A DNA stretch of 34,956 nt from Thermoleophilia bacterium (GCA_031413935.1 JANOFZ010000118.1:1-34956); one strand, 5' to 3'. Positions 10,790 through 19,971 are shown, counted from the stretch's first letter. Program-made: numbers and translations. The notes: a model not told the origin generated them from the letters alone.

Positions 10790-13700
10790 TCAGAGGCCCG
10801 AACGCGCGGCGATAATAGCATCGGCGAGCCCGAGCGCCCCCTCGAGATCGTCGGTGCGAAGCGACACCTCGTGTTTGGCCTGCGTGTACACGATCGTGTC
10901 GCCGGCGGCCCGGAGCGCCCGCAACTCGTCCGAACCGAGCGCGAGTGGCCCCACCGTCGCACGTCCCCCGCGAAAGACGAGATAGTCGGCGCCGATCCGG
11001 ACGAGCGAGAGCTTCGCCTCCTGGATCGCGAAGAGGTTTTCGACCGGCTCGGGCAGAGGGCCATACCTGTCCTCCACGCTCGCCCGGAGCTCTCGCAGCT
11101 CGTCGTCGTGCTCAACAAGCGCGAGCCGACGGTGTAGGTCGATCTTGAGCGCTTCGGACGCGACGTACGAGGCAGGGATGAAGGCGTCGACGCGGGCATC
11201 GACGCGGACGGGGCGGACAGCCGTGCGGGCCCGTCCGGAGAGCTCCGCGACGGCCTCGTTCAGCATCTCGACGTACAGCTCGAATCCCATCGCGGCGACG
11301 TGCCCGGACTGCTCGGCTCCGAGGAGATCGCCGGCGCCGCGGATCTCGAGGTCGCGCATCGCGATCTGGAAGCCGGCGCCTAGCTCGGTGTGATCGGCGA
11401 GCGTCGCGAGGCGCGCCCGTGCCTCGGGAGTCAGCTCGGTTGCGTCCGGGTAGAAGAGGTAGGCATGCGCGGTGACGTCTGAGCGGCCGACCCGGCCGCG
11501 GATCTGGTAGAGCTGGCTGAGGCCGAGGGAGTCAGCGCGTTCGACGATGAGCGTGTTGGCCTGGGGGATGTCGATTCCCGATTCGATGATCGTCGTCGAG
11601 ACGAGAACGTCGGCGTCGCCCGCCAGGAAGGCGTGCATGCGTTCCTCCAGCTCGTTCTCGCGCATCTGCCCATGGGCGACGAGGAAACGCAGTTCCGGGC
11701 ACATCTGACGGAGCTTTTCCCCCATCTCGTCGATCGTGTCGACGCGGTTGTGGAGGTAGAACGACTGGCCGCCCCGCGCGTGCTCGCGTTCGAGAGCAGT
11801 CTTGATCACGGACTCGTCGTACTCCCCCACGCTCGTCCTGATCGGACGCCGCCCCTCGGGAGGCGTCTCGATGATCGAGATGTCGCGCAGCCCTGCAAGG
11901 GACATGTGGAGCGTGCGCGGGATCGGCGTCGCCGAGAGGGCGAGGACATCGACCTCGAGGCGGAGAGAGCGGATCAACTCCTTCTGCGCGACACCGAAAC
12001 GCTGCTCCTCGTCGAGGATGACGAGACCGAGTGCGCTCGGGATGACGTCGCGGGAGAGGATACGGTGCGTTCCTACGAGCACGTCGACCTTGCCGGCCGC
12101 GAAGTCGGCGACCACCTTCTTCGCCTCCGCAGGCTTGCGAAATCGGGACACCATCTCGACGTTGAGTGGGAAGTCCCGGAAGCGCTCCCTGAAGGTGTTC
12201 CAGTGTTGCTCTGCGAGGATCGTTGTCGGACAGAGGACCAGGACCTGCCGATTGTTGACGGCGACGGCAAACGCAGCCCGAACGGCGACCTCGGTCTTGC
12301 CGAACCCGACGTCGCCGCACACGAGCCTGTCCATCGGCCGAGAGGACTCGAGGTCTTCCTTGACCGCTTCGATCGCGCGGGCCTGATCGTCCGTTTCGCG
12401 GTACGGGAACGACGCCTCTAGTCGCTCGAGCCATTCGTTGGCGAGATCGAAGCTCGACCCCTCTGCGCGCTGCCGCTGTGCATAGAGCGCGAGGAGCTCG
12501 CCCGCCAGCTCGCGAACCGATTCTCGGGCACGGCTCTTGAGGTTCTGCCAGGCCTTTCCGCCGAGCTTCGAGAGCGCTGGGGCTTTCGCGTCGGCGCCGA
12601 TGTATCGCGAGAGCTTGCCGAGCTGCTCGTGCGGGACATAGAGCCTGTCGTCGCCGCGGAATGCGAGGAACAGGTAGTCCCGGGTGACGCCGGCGACTTC
12701 CTTGGTCTCGAAGCCGAGGAGCTTGCCGACACCATGATCCTCGTGCACGACGTAGTCCCCGACACGAAGATCGGCGAAGGTGGCGAGCGCGCGTCCGAGC
12801 CGCGCGTCGGCACGCGGTGGCCGCTTGCGGAAGACCTGCGTGTCGGGAAGGAGAACGAGACGGAGGTCTCTCCAGACGAAGCCACGTCGGGCCGACGAGA
12901 TCGCGAATCGCACCGAGGCCTCCCGCGGTAGCGCGGCGCCATCCGGCTGGATCGTGCTCTCGACCTTCTTCAGCAGGGCACCCTGTCGGAGGGCCTCACC
13001 CCGATGTGGGAATGTGACGACGACGCGGTTGTCGGAGCGGACGAAGCCTGCGAGCTCGTTCTCGGCCTCCGCGAGCCCGCGGGCAGCGATGGCGGGACGT
13101 TGAGCCTCGAACTGGAACGCCTGTCCGCGAGGGAATGGATCGAGCTCCGTTGCCCCGACAAGCGAGACAGGTTCGAATCCCTCTTCCTCCCACACGGTCC
13201 TTACCTCATCAGGCTGCCAGACGAAGTCGGGGACGCGATCAACGGTGGGGACGAGATCGCTCGGCCTCGGGGCTTTGCTCCCCCCATGCGCTGTCGTCTC
13301 CCAGAGGTGCACCGCGGCCTCGAGCTCGACGGTCTCGCTGCGGCGCTCCGAAGCGGGATACACGCTCGCCGAGGTGACGGGATGCAGCGCGCGCTGCGTG
13401 AAGGGTGAAAAGGCTCGGACCTGCTCGATCTCGTCGCCGAAGAACTCGACGCGCAACGGCTCTCGCCCGGTCGCAGGAAAGATGTCGACGATCCCTCCAC
13501 GAACCGCAAACTGGCCGCGTTGATCGACCCGATCGACGCGCTCGTACCCTGCGCTCGCGAGCGCCTCTGAGAGACCGTCTAGCCCGGGCTCCTCCCCGAC
13601 GACGAGGCCGACCGGCTGTGGTCGCATGTCCGGTGGCGGCATCCCCTCGGCGAGTGCGGCGGCCGACGCGCAGACGAGGCCGCCGCGGTCGAGGACGTCG

Positions 13701-14017
13701 AGAGCTCTGGCTCTTTCGCCAACGAGGTGCGGCGGCGGCTCGAGGCCGGAGGCGTGTGAGACGCCGCGGCTCGGCAGCAGTGCGACGAGATCGGGGCCAA
13801 GGAACCATGAGGCTCCCTCCGCCGCGTCGCGGGCATCTGCGTCCTCGGGCAGAAGGATCAGGAGACCGCGTCCAAGCTCCTGGTGGAGTGTTGCGAGGAC
13901 GAGCGGAAGCGCAGGTTCCGACACCCGCGCGCGGGCCGGCAACGACTTCGTGAACGCCTGGAAACGATCGCTGCCAGCGAGTTCCGCGATGAAGGCGTGA
14001 AGGGGTGTCTGGTCCAT
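10790..14017 (-). CDS. mfd: Transcription-repair coupling factor
   Basis: VRGGIVDIF, GDYVVHEDHGVG, CGDVGFGKTEVA, DEEQRFG, QIRGRVGRS, RDLEIRGAG and C-terminal TRCF domain. Confidence 0.99.
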   Translation of the reverse strand: MDQTPLHAFIAELAGSDRFQAFTKSLPARARVSEPALPLVLATLHQELGRGLLILLPEDADARDAAEGASWFLGPDLVALLPSRGVSHASGLEPPPHLVGERARALDVLDRGGLVCASAAALAEGMPPPDMRPQPVGLVVGEEPGLDGLSEALASAGYERVDRVDQRGQFAVRGGIVDIFPATGREPLRVEFFGDEIEQVRAFSPFTQRALHPVTSASVYPASERRSETVELEAAVHLWETTAHGGSKAPRPSDLVPTVDRVPDFVWQPDEVRTVWEEEGFEPVSLVGATELDPFPRGQAFQFEAQRPAIAARGLAEAENELAGFVRSDNRVVVTFPHRGEALRQGALLKKVESTIQPDGAALPREASVRFAISSARRGFVWRDLRLVLLPDTQVFRKRPPRADARLGRALATFADLRVGDYVVHEDHGVGKLLGFETKEVAGVTRDYLFLAFRGDDRLYVPHEQLGKLSRYIGADAKAPALSKLGGKAWQNLKSRARESVRELAGELLALYAQRQRAEGSSFDLANEWLERLEASFPYRETDDQARAIEAVKEDLESSRPMDRLVCGDVGFGKTEVAVRAAFAVAVNNRQVLVLCPTTILAEQHWNTFRERFRDFPLNVEMVSRFRKPAEAKKVVADFAAGKVDVLVGTHRILSRDVIPSALGLVILDEEQRFGVAQKELIRSLRLEVDVLALSATPIPRTLHMSLAGLRDISIIETPPEGRRPIRTSVGEYDESVIKTALEREHARGGQSFYLHNRVDTIDEMGEKLRQMCPELRFLVAHGQMRENELEERMHAFLAGDADVLVSTTIIESGIDIPQANTLIVERADSLGLSQLYQIRGRVGRSDVTAHAYLFYPDATELTPEARARLATLADHTELGAGFQIAMRDLEIRGAGDLLGAEQSGHVAAMGFELYVEMLNEAVAELSGRARTAVRPVRVDARVDAFIPASYVASEALKIDLHRRLALVEHDDELRELRASVEDRYGPLPEPVENLFAIQEAKLSLVRIGADYLVFRGGRATVGPLALGSDELRALRAAGDTIVYTQAKHEVSLRTDDLEGALGLADAIIAARSGL

Positions 14018-14059
14018 GCAAACAGGCGGGAAACGCGCCCCCGCCGGCCTATCCTAGCG

Positions 14060-14086
14060 CCCATCACGAGCGTCCCATCACGAGCG
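14060..14086. repeat. Perfect 13-bp direct repeat CCCATCACGAGCG x2 (period 14) upstream of mfd
   Basis: Copies at 14060-14072 and 14074-14086; next to minus-strand TAGGAT (14051-14056). Confidence 0.8.
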
Positions 14087-14113
14087 GAGGATGCGCATTC
14101 TCCGCCGAATCGA

Positions 14114-14173
14114 CCCGCCCCTCCAACCTCCCCCAGGGGGGCACTCTCGCGCCCCTGAGGTCAGGGTAGCGGG
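14114..14173 (-). other. Long imperfect hairpin with GAGA tetraloop (candidate terminator or ncRNA element)
   Basis: Minus strand GGGGCGC-GAGA-GTGCCCC, extended by tcagg/cctgg, acct/aggt and cccgc/gcggg. Confidence 0.45.
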
Positions 14174-14253
14174 GGACATGTGTCCGGTGTGTGCCGTGAT
14201 GCAGTCCGTACTGTGCCGATTACTCCGCGACAGCCCCACGGGCAGATGTCCGA

Positions 14254-14847
14254 TCAGTTGAAGCGTTGCTGCGTAACGTCGAGGCCGGACTCGAGCAATG
14301 ATTCCACCGCATCGGCCGCCCGCATCACGAGCGCATCCGGATCGTCCTCCGGTGCGAACGGCGAAAGCACGAAGTCGGCTACAGCGCGCGGGTCGCCCCG
14401 GTCGGGCCGGCCGACACCGATACGGAGGCGAAGGAAGTCAGGGCTGCCGAGCCGCCCAGCGATCGAGCGAAGCCCGTTGTGCCCAGCCAGACCGCCACCG
14501 AGGCGAACCTGAAGCCGACCATGATCGAGGTCGACCTCGTCGTGGACGACAAGGAGCGCGTCGAGGGATGTCTTGTAGAACGCGAAGGCCGGTTGAACCG
14601 AGCGTCCGGAGTCGTTCATGAACGTGTCGGGTTTGAGAAGCGCCACGCGCGCGTGCCCGACTCGTGCCTCGCAGATGTGGCCACTGAACTTCCCCTTGAA
14701 CGCCTCGTGCGTTCGGCGAGCGAGCTCATCCACGACCATGAACCCGACGATGTGCCGGTCGCGCGCATGCCGACGGCCCGGGTTCCCGAGCCCGACGACG
14801 AGCAGGTCGAGTGTCGAGGCCGATTCGCCGCGACCGAAAAACGGCAA
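14254..14847 (-). CDS. pth: Peptidyl-tRNA hydrolase
   Basis: VGLGNPG, KPDTFMN.SG, VHDEVD, GHNGLRSI, RLRIGVGRP; follows rplY. Confidence 0.97.
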   Translation of the reverse strand: MPFFGRGESASTLDLLVVGLGNPGRRHARDRHIVGFMVVDELARRTHEAFKGKFSGHICEARVGHARVALLKPDTFMNDSGRSVQPAFAFYKTSLDALLVVHDEVDLDHGRLQVRLGGGLAGHNGLRSIAGRLGSPDFLRLRIGVGRPDRGDPRAVADFVLSPFAPEDDPDALVMRAADAVESLLESGLDVTQQRFN

Positions 14848-14850
14848 GAG

Positions 14851-15525
14851 CTACTCCGCGTCGGTTGCGGGTTCTGCCTCAGCGGCAGACTCGGCGGCAG
14901 ACTCGGCGGACGCCTCGGCAGCGAGGGCCGTTTCTGCGGCCTCCTCTTCCTCGGTCAGGCCACGCGGGCTCGAGCAGTTCGCAATAACGGTCTGCGCGTC
15001 ATCGAGGAATGTCACCCCGGCGACCGCCGCGACGTCCTGAAGGCGAAGGCTCTCGCCGAGCTCGAGCTCGCTGAGGTCGACCTCGATGTGCTCCGGAATC
15101 GCTGACGGCAGGGCCTCGACGTGCAATTCGCGTGCAACCTGCGTCACGACACCGCCGACCTTGGCACCGGGCGCCTCTCCCATGAGCTGAACGGCGACCG
15201 TTGCCTGGATCGGCTGGTCGAGCCTGACCTCGTGGAAATCGACGTGCGTGATCGTCCCACGTACGGGATGCTGCTGATAGTCCTTGAGCACCGCATGGTG
15301 CGGCGTCTTCGCACCCTCGATCACAACGTCGACAATTGCGTGAAGTCCCGAGGGGCCCGTGAGAGCGATTCGCAACTCGCGCTCGCCAACGACGAAGGCC
15401 TTGTTCGCCTTGCCGTACAGGACGCCGGGGATCAATCCCTGACGCCGCAGGCGCTTCGTATTGCGGGTGCCGAGCTGGTCGGCGCCGCGCTCCTGAACCT
15501 CGAGTGTGATTCTGTCTCCGGACAC
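14851..15525 (-). CDS. rplY: 50S ribosomal protein L25 / general stress protein Ctc
   Basis: RLRRQGLIPGVLYG, HVDFHEV, IPEHIEVD, acidic tail; GTG 15525 with TACACT 8 nt upstream. Confidence 0.96.
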   Translation of the reverse strand: MSGDRITLEVQERGADQLGTRNTKRLRRQGLIPGVLYGKANKAFVVGERELRIALTGPSGLHAIVDVVIEGAKTPHHAVLKDYQQHPVRGTITHVDFHEVRLDQPIQATVAVQLMGEAPGAKVGGVVTQVARELHVEALPSAIPEHIEVDLSELELGESLRLQDVAAVAGVTFLDDAQTVIANCSSPRGLTEEEEAAETALAAEASAESAAESAAEAEPATDAE

Positions 15526-15587
15526 GGCGGCGAAGTGTAGCGCATGCCTCACGCCGGACTCGACTGACCGGTCGTGTCCGTTGAAGC

Positions 15588-15795
15588 GGCCGGGCCGGCA
15601 GCAACCGCGCACCTCTCAGGGGAGGAAAGGTGCGGACGCCGTACCCGACCCGGCCAGAGTCTCGTTTCGCCAGCAGGGCGATTCTCCCTCCCCGACGAGA
15701 TCGCAGTCAGGACTCGCCAGGAACTGCCGATAAGAGATGTGGGCCGGCGGCACTCTCAGGGGGTGCCGCCGGACTTCCACGTCCGGCCGTGCCTC
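15588..15795 (+). ncRNA. Candidate tandem small-RNA/structured element, two paralogous hairpin units
   Basis: Both units read GGGCCGGC(A/G)GCA...CTCTCAGGGG...GTGC...CCGGCC; stems cgcacct/aggtgcg and ccggcggcac/gtgccgccgg; strand inferred from GU pairs and the promoter motif. Confidence 0.4.
15707..15733 (+). promoter_or_regulatory. Sigma28 (FliA/WhiG)-like promoter
   Basis: TCAG-N15-GCCGATAA immediately upstream of hairpin unit 2. Confidence 0.45.
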
Positions 15796-15825
15796 TTGCG
15801 GCCAGGCCGCCGGAGCCGAGCCGAG

Positions 15826-16881
15826 CTAGAACAACTGGTTCTCGCCAGCGAAGATCGCCGACACCGAATCGTCCGCAAAGACGTTCGAGATCGTCTCGGC
15901 AAGGATCCCGGCGATCGAGAGCACCTGGACGTTTGCGGGACGGGCGAGAGGATCGAGCGGAACGGTGTCCGTGACGACGAGCTTGTGGATCTCACTCCCT
16001 GCGATCCGCTCGAGGGCCGAGCCGTTGAACAGGCCGTGGGTCGCACAGGCATATACCTTGGTCGCGCCGGCTTCCTTCAACGCCGCCGCGCCTGCAACGA
16101 GCGTCCCGGCCGTGTCGACGATGTCGTCGATGATCACGGCCACCTTTCCATCGACGTCGCCGATGACGGTCGTGACCTTCGCCTCGTTGTGGGCGGGCCT
16201 CACCTTGTTGAGAATGACCAGGTCGCCGGCGACCATCTCGGCGAACTTGCCGGCGATCTTGGCGTGACCCGTATCGGGCGAGACGACCGCAATCTTCTCC
16301 CCCAGGTTCAGGTCGCGGACATACTGGGCGAACATCGGCACCGCAGTCATGTGATCGACGGGGATCTCGAAGAAGCCCTGAACCTGACCGGCGTGAAGGT
16401 CCATCGTGAGCACACGGTCGGCACCCGCCGTCTGGAGCAAGTCGGCGACGAGCTTTGCGGCGATCGGCTCGCGGGGGCGCGACTTCTTGTCCTGGCGTAC
16501 ATAAAAGTACCATGGGATCACGGCTGTGATCCGTTTCGCCGACGCAAGCTTCGCAGCGTTGATCATGATCAGGAGCTCCATCAGATGCTGGTCGACCGGC
16601 ATCGAGCCCGTCTGGACGATGAAGAGGTCAGCCCCGCGAATCGAGTCCTCGTAACGGCAGTAGGTCTCACCGCTCGCGAAGGTCTTCAACGTCATCTCAC
16701 CGAGGTCGCAGCCGATCTTGTCGGCGATGTCCTCGGCCAACGTGGGATGAGAGCGACCGGAGACGACCATCAGTCTCTTGCTCGACGTCAGGCCGATCGT
16801 GCGCGCGACCACCGGGGCAGCCCCCGGCCCGTTGGGCGCACCGAGCCCCGGAAGCGTCTGCTCAACTGTCCCGCTTTCCAC
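15826..16881 (-). CDS. prs: Ribose-phosphate pyrophosphokinase
   Basis: FASGE, YVRQDKK, DLHAGQVQGFF, VSPD.G, IIDDIVDTAGT, THGLF; AAGGAGG RBS before GTG 16881. Confidence 0.98.
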   Translation of the reverse strand: MESGTVEQTLPGLGAPNGPGAAPVVARTIGLTSSKRLMVVSGRSHPTLAEDIADKIGCDLGEMTLKTFASGETYCRYEDSIRGADLFIVQTGSMPVDQHLMELLIMINAAKLASAKRITAVIPWYFYVRQDKKSRPREPIAAKLVADLLQTAGADRVLTMDLHAGQVQGFFEIPVDHMTAVPMFAQYVRDLNLGEKIAVVSPDTGHAKIAGKFAEMVAGDLVILNKVRPAHNEAKVTTVIGDVDGKVAVIIDDIVDTAGTLVAGAAALKEAGATKVYACATHGLFNGSALERIAGSEIHKLVVTDTVPLDPLARPANVQVLSIAGILAETISNVFADDSVSAIFAGENQLF

Positions 16882-18187
16882 CCCGACCCTCCTTGATCGT
16901 CTGCCTCGGCGGGAACCCGACGAGGGCGTTATCCGGGACATCCTCGGAGATGACGGTGCCAGCCGCTGTCCAGGCGTCGTCTCCCACTGTCACGGGAGCG
17001 ACAAACACCGTTTCGACACCGACCCGCGCATTCCGACCGATCACCGTGCGCTGCTTCGGGACACCATCACCGTGACCGAGGTTCGCCGTCATCGACCCTG
17101 CTCCGATATTCGTTCCAGCACCGACTTCCGCGTCTCCGAAATAGCTCAGATGAGGAACCTTCGCACCCTCGTCCAACTGCGTGTTCTTGAGCTCCACGAA
17201 CGTGCCTGCTTTCGACCTGGCTCCGAGTCTCGTCCCGGGGCGAAGGTAACAGAACGGCCCGACGATCGCCGCCGGCCCGATCTCGGCATCGATGACAACC
17301 ACGTGCGGGCCAATCTCGGCTCCATCGGCCACCGTCGTCAGGCCTCGCAGGACGGTGAACGGGTGGACGACCGTGTCTGCTTCGAGGGTCACGGTCGGCT
17401 CGATCCAGGTCGACGAGGGGTCGGAAATCGTCACTCCGGCAAGCATGTGCGCGGTGTTGATCCGGTCACGGAGCGCTGCGGCTGCGGCCGCAAGCTCCAC
17501 GCGGGTGTTGACGCCTTCGGTTTCACGGGCATTGGGCGCAACGTGAACCGCAACCGTGTGACCGTCGCGGACGAGGTCGCGGACGGCGTCGGTCAGATAC
17601 AGCTCACCCTGAGCATTGACCGGCTGGAGCCTGTCGAGCGCTGGCCAGAGGAGCTCCGCCTGGAAGACGTAGATCGAGGAGTTCGCCTCGCCGATCTCGA
17701 GTTGTGCGGATGTTGCATCGACAGCCTCCACGATCGATTCGAGGTGGCCGTCGGCGTCGCGAACGATCCGGCCGTAGCTGCGAATGTCGCCGGGAATGAA
17801 GGAGAGGACAGTCGCTCCCGCCTCTGATGACCTGTGCGTGGCGACCAGTTCTTCGAGGAGCCCCGCGGTAAGGAGTGGCGTGTCACCCGAGAGGATCAGC
17901 ACCTCGTTGGCGCCCACGAGCGCCGAACGCGCGCTCCGCACGGCATCCCCTGTTCCGAGCGATCGCTCCTGGATCGCCACCGTCAGCCCGGGGAATTCGT
18001 CGGCCGTCTCGGGCGAGGTGACGATCACGAGTGGCACCGGCTCCAGAGGAAGGGCGGCCTCCACGATCCAGTCGACCATCCGCCGGCCGAGGAGAGGGTG
18101 CAGATGCTTCGGTACGTCGGACCGCATGCGAGTGCCCCGGCCTCCGGCCATGACGACGGCTGCGAGCGTTGATCGTGAGTGGGACAT
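16862..18187 (-). CDS. glmU: Bifunctional GlmU (GlcNAc-1-P uridyltransferase / acetyltransferase)
   Basis: GGRGTRM...PK, LGTGDAV, SGDTPL, NAQGELYLTD, hexapeptide repeats, HLSYFGD. Confidence 0.95.
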   Translation of the reverse strand: MSHSRSTLAAVVMAGGRGTRMRSDVPKHLHPLLGRRMVDWIVEAALPLEPVPLVIVTSPETADEFPGLTVAIQERSLGTGDAVRSARSALVGANEVLILSGDTPLLTAGLLEELVATHRSSEAGATVLSFIPGDIRSYGRIVRDADGHLESIVEAVDATSAQLEIGEANSSIYVFQAELLWPALDRLQPVNAQGELYLTDAVRDLVRDGHTVAVHVAPNARETEGVNTRVELAAAAAALRDRINTAHMLAGVTISDPSSTWIEPTVTLEADTVVHPFTVLRGLTTVADGAEIGPHVVVIDAEIGPAAIVGPFCYLRPGTRLGARSKAGTFVELKNTQLDEGAKVPHLSYFGDAEVGAGTNIGAGSMTANLGHGDGVPKQRTVIGRNARVGVETVFVAPVTVGDDAWTAAGTVISEDVPDNALVGFPPRQTIKEGRGGKRDS

Positions 18188-18198
18188 TGTCTGCACGT

Positions 18199-18272
18199 TG
18201 GCTGGGGCGCCAGGATTCGAACCTGGGATCACGGGACCAAAGCCCGTTGCCTTACCGCTTGGCTACGCCCCA
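18199..18272 (-). tRNA. tRNA-Gln (anticodon TTG), CCA encoded
   Basis: TGGGGCG/CGCCCCA acceptor stem, ACGGG-CTTTGGT-CCCGT anticodon arm, GGTTCGAATCC T-loop; usual position upstream of glmU. Confidence 0.97.
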
Positions 18273-18385
18273 GTGAATCGGGAAGTCGAGTGTACCCCGC
18301 CGTCCGGTTGCACACGGAGGTGGGTCGCGGCGAACACCCTGTCGCGTCGAGTGGCAGCAACTGCTCGACGGAGCGACCTCCAGCG

Positions 18386-19198
18386 CTATCGGTGCGGTGC
18401 AATCACCCAGGTGCGGCCGAAGGACGCGAGCTCGCGGCCAGCCTCGCGAGCCCGGGCTGCGTCAGTGAACACGCCGAAGACGCATGGCCCCGCACCGCTG
18501 ACATCCGCCCGAACCGCCCCGGCGCTGCGGAGCCTGTCGGCGAGTGGCGATGCCGCGAGGTCGTTCGTCGGCAGGGCGGCGAAATCCTCCGCTCGGGCGG
18601 TGGCGGCCAGTGCTGCAGTAAGCGTGGCACGCCGTTTGTCGAATCCCAGGGCTCCATGCCGCGCGTCGAAGGCGGCGTAGACAGCCGCTGTCGATTCCTT
18701 GCGGACGTCGCTCGGCAGCACGAGGACGACGGTGAAGTCCTGCGGGAGATCGATTCCCACGAGATGCGACCCGTCACCCGTCCCGAGCTGCGGCCCGGCT
18801 CGCAGGAAGAACGGTACGTCGGTTCCGATTGTGGCTGCGATCTCCGAGAGCTGCTCCAGATCGAGCGGTGATGCCAGAGACTCGTTCGCGAGGAGAAGCG
18901 CTGTTGCCGCGTCCGAGCTTCCCCCGCCGAGCCCCGCCGCAACCGGGATCCGCTTCGTGATGCGAACGCTCCAGTCCGGCTCCACGCCCGCTGCAGCCCC
19001 GAGTGCGGTGAGCGCCCTCGCGACGATCGTGTCACCAGGAAACCCCGAGACAGTCAGCCCATTTCCGACCGAGAGCTCGATCACGTCCGCGAGGTCGATG
19101 CGCTGCAGGACGGTCACGACCTCGTGCTTTCCATCGTCCTGGAGAGAGCCAACGACAAGCGCGAGGTTGATCTTGGCGTGAGCTTCGCCACGCCTCAT
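18386..19198 (-). CDS. ispE: 4-(cytidine 5'-diphospho)-2-C-methyl-D-erythritol kinase
   Basis: AKINLAL, KRIPVAAGLGGGSSDAA, GTDVPFF, VSGAGPCVF; ATGA overlap with rsmA. Confidence 0.96.
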   Translation of the reverse strand: MRRGEAHAKINLALVVGSLQDDGKHEVVTVLQRIDLADVIELSVGNGLTVSGFPGDTIVARALTALGAAAGVEPDWSVRITKRIPVAAGLGGGSSDAATALLLANESLASPLDLEQLSEIAATIGTDVPFFLRAGPQLGTGDGSHLVGIDLPQDFTVVLVLPSDVRKESTAAVYAAFDARHGALGFDKRRATLTAALAATARAEDFAALPTNDLAASPLADRLRSAGAVRADVSGAGPCVFGVFTDAARAREAGRELASFGRTWVIAPHR

Positions 19199-19971
19199 GC
19201 CATCCTCCGCGCCAACTCGACGAACGCGGGCGGAGCGAGCGCCTCGGCGCGGATCGAGGGGTCGATCCCGAGCGATCCGAGGGCAGCCACAGCCGCTTCG
19301 CGGGATGTGACGTCGGCGAGCTGAAGCGAGTTGGCGAGTGTCTTGCGTCGGTGTGCGAATGCTCCCTCGACGACGCGACGAATCCGGGGGAAGTCTGCGG
19401 GGAGCGGTATACGCCGGAACGCAACGAGCGCAGAGTCGACGTTGGGAGGTGGCCGGAAGACGTTCCGCGAGACCGGATGGAAACCGGTTCGCGCGGTGGC
19501 GAGCTGGACCAGCACGGACACCGCGCCGTAGGCTTTCGTCGAGGGGACGGCAAAGAAACGATCGGCGACCTCGCGCTGCACCATGACGCACCACAGGTCG
19601 ACCGCCGGCAGGTGATCGAGGCTCTCGGCAACGATTGGCGTCGCGACGTTATAGGGCAGGTTTGCCACGAGCTTCGTCGGCACGGGGTCGAAGCTTGCGA
19701 GATCGAGCCTGAGCGCGTCGCCCCAGTGCAGGGACACGTTGGGAGCCGCTGCGACCCCTCGCAGATGAGGCTCGAGGCGAACATCGAGCTCGACTGCGTG
19801 CACGAACCTACAGCGCGCGGCAAGAACCGTCGTCAAGGCACCGAGACCAGGGCCGATCTCGAGCGCGACGTCATCGGTGTCGAGTTCGGCGAGCCGCGCG
19901 ATGACTCCCAGGATGTTGTCGTCGACGAGGAAGTGCTGGCCGAGCGATTTCCTGGGCGTAGGCGTACTCAC
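19195..19971 (-). CDS. rsmA: 16S rRNA dimethyladenosine transferase RsmA/KsgA
   Basis: KSLGQHFL, EIGPGLG.LT, VANLPYN, MVQREVADR, F.PPPNVDS. Confidence 0.97.
   Translation of the reverse strand: MSTPTPRKSLGQHFLVDDNILGVIARLAELDTDDVALEIGPGLGALTTVLAARCRFVHAVELDVRLEPHLRGVAAAPNVSLHWGDALRLDLASFDPVPTKLVANLPYNVATPIVAESLDHLPAVDLWCVMVQREVADRFFAVPSTKAYGAVSVLVQLATARTGFHPVSRNVFRPPPNVDSALVAFRRIPLPADFPRIRRVVEGAFAHRRKTLANSLQLADVTSREAAVAALGSLGIDPSIRAEALAPPAFVELARRMA

Noticed and set aside
14882-14909. 12-bp tandem repeat GCGGCAGACTCG
   Set aside because: Encodes the AESA repeats in the acidic L25/Ctc tail; ordinary.
15657-15715. Hammerhead-like CTGA...CGAAAC on the minus strand
   Set aside because: The core reads CTGACTG rather than CTGANGA, and stems II/III with a UH cleavage site cannot be built.
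15592-15790. Repeated hairpin units as a mini CRISPR array or 6C RNA
   Set aside because: Only two degenerate copies, no regular spacers, no cas genes; loops lack the six-C runs and adjacent twin hairpins of 6C RNA.
18199-18385. tRNA-Gln as a possible integration site
   Set aside because: No integrase, no duplicated tRNA 3' end, and the ispE-tRNA-glmU synteny is intact.
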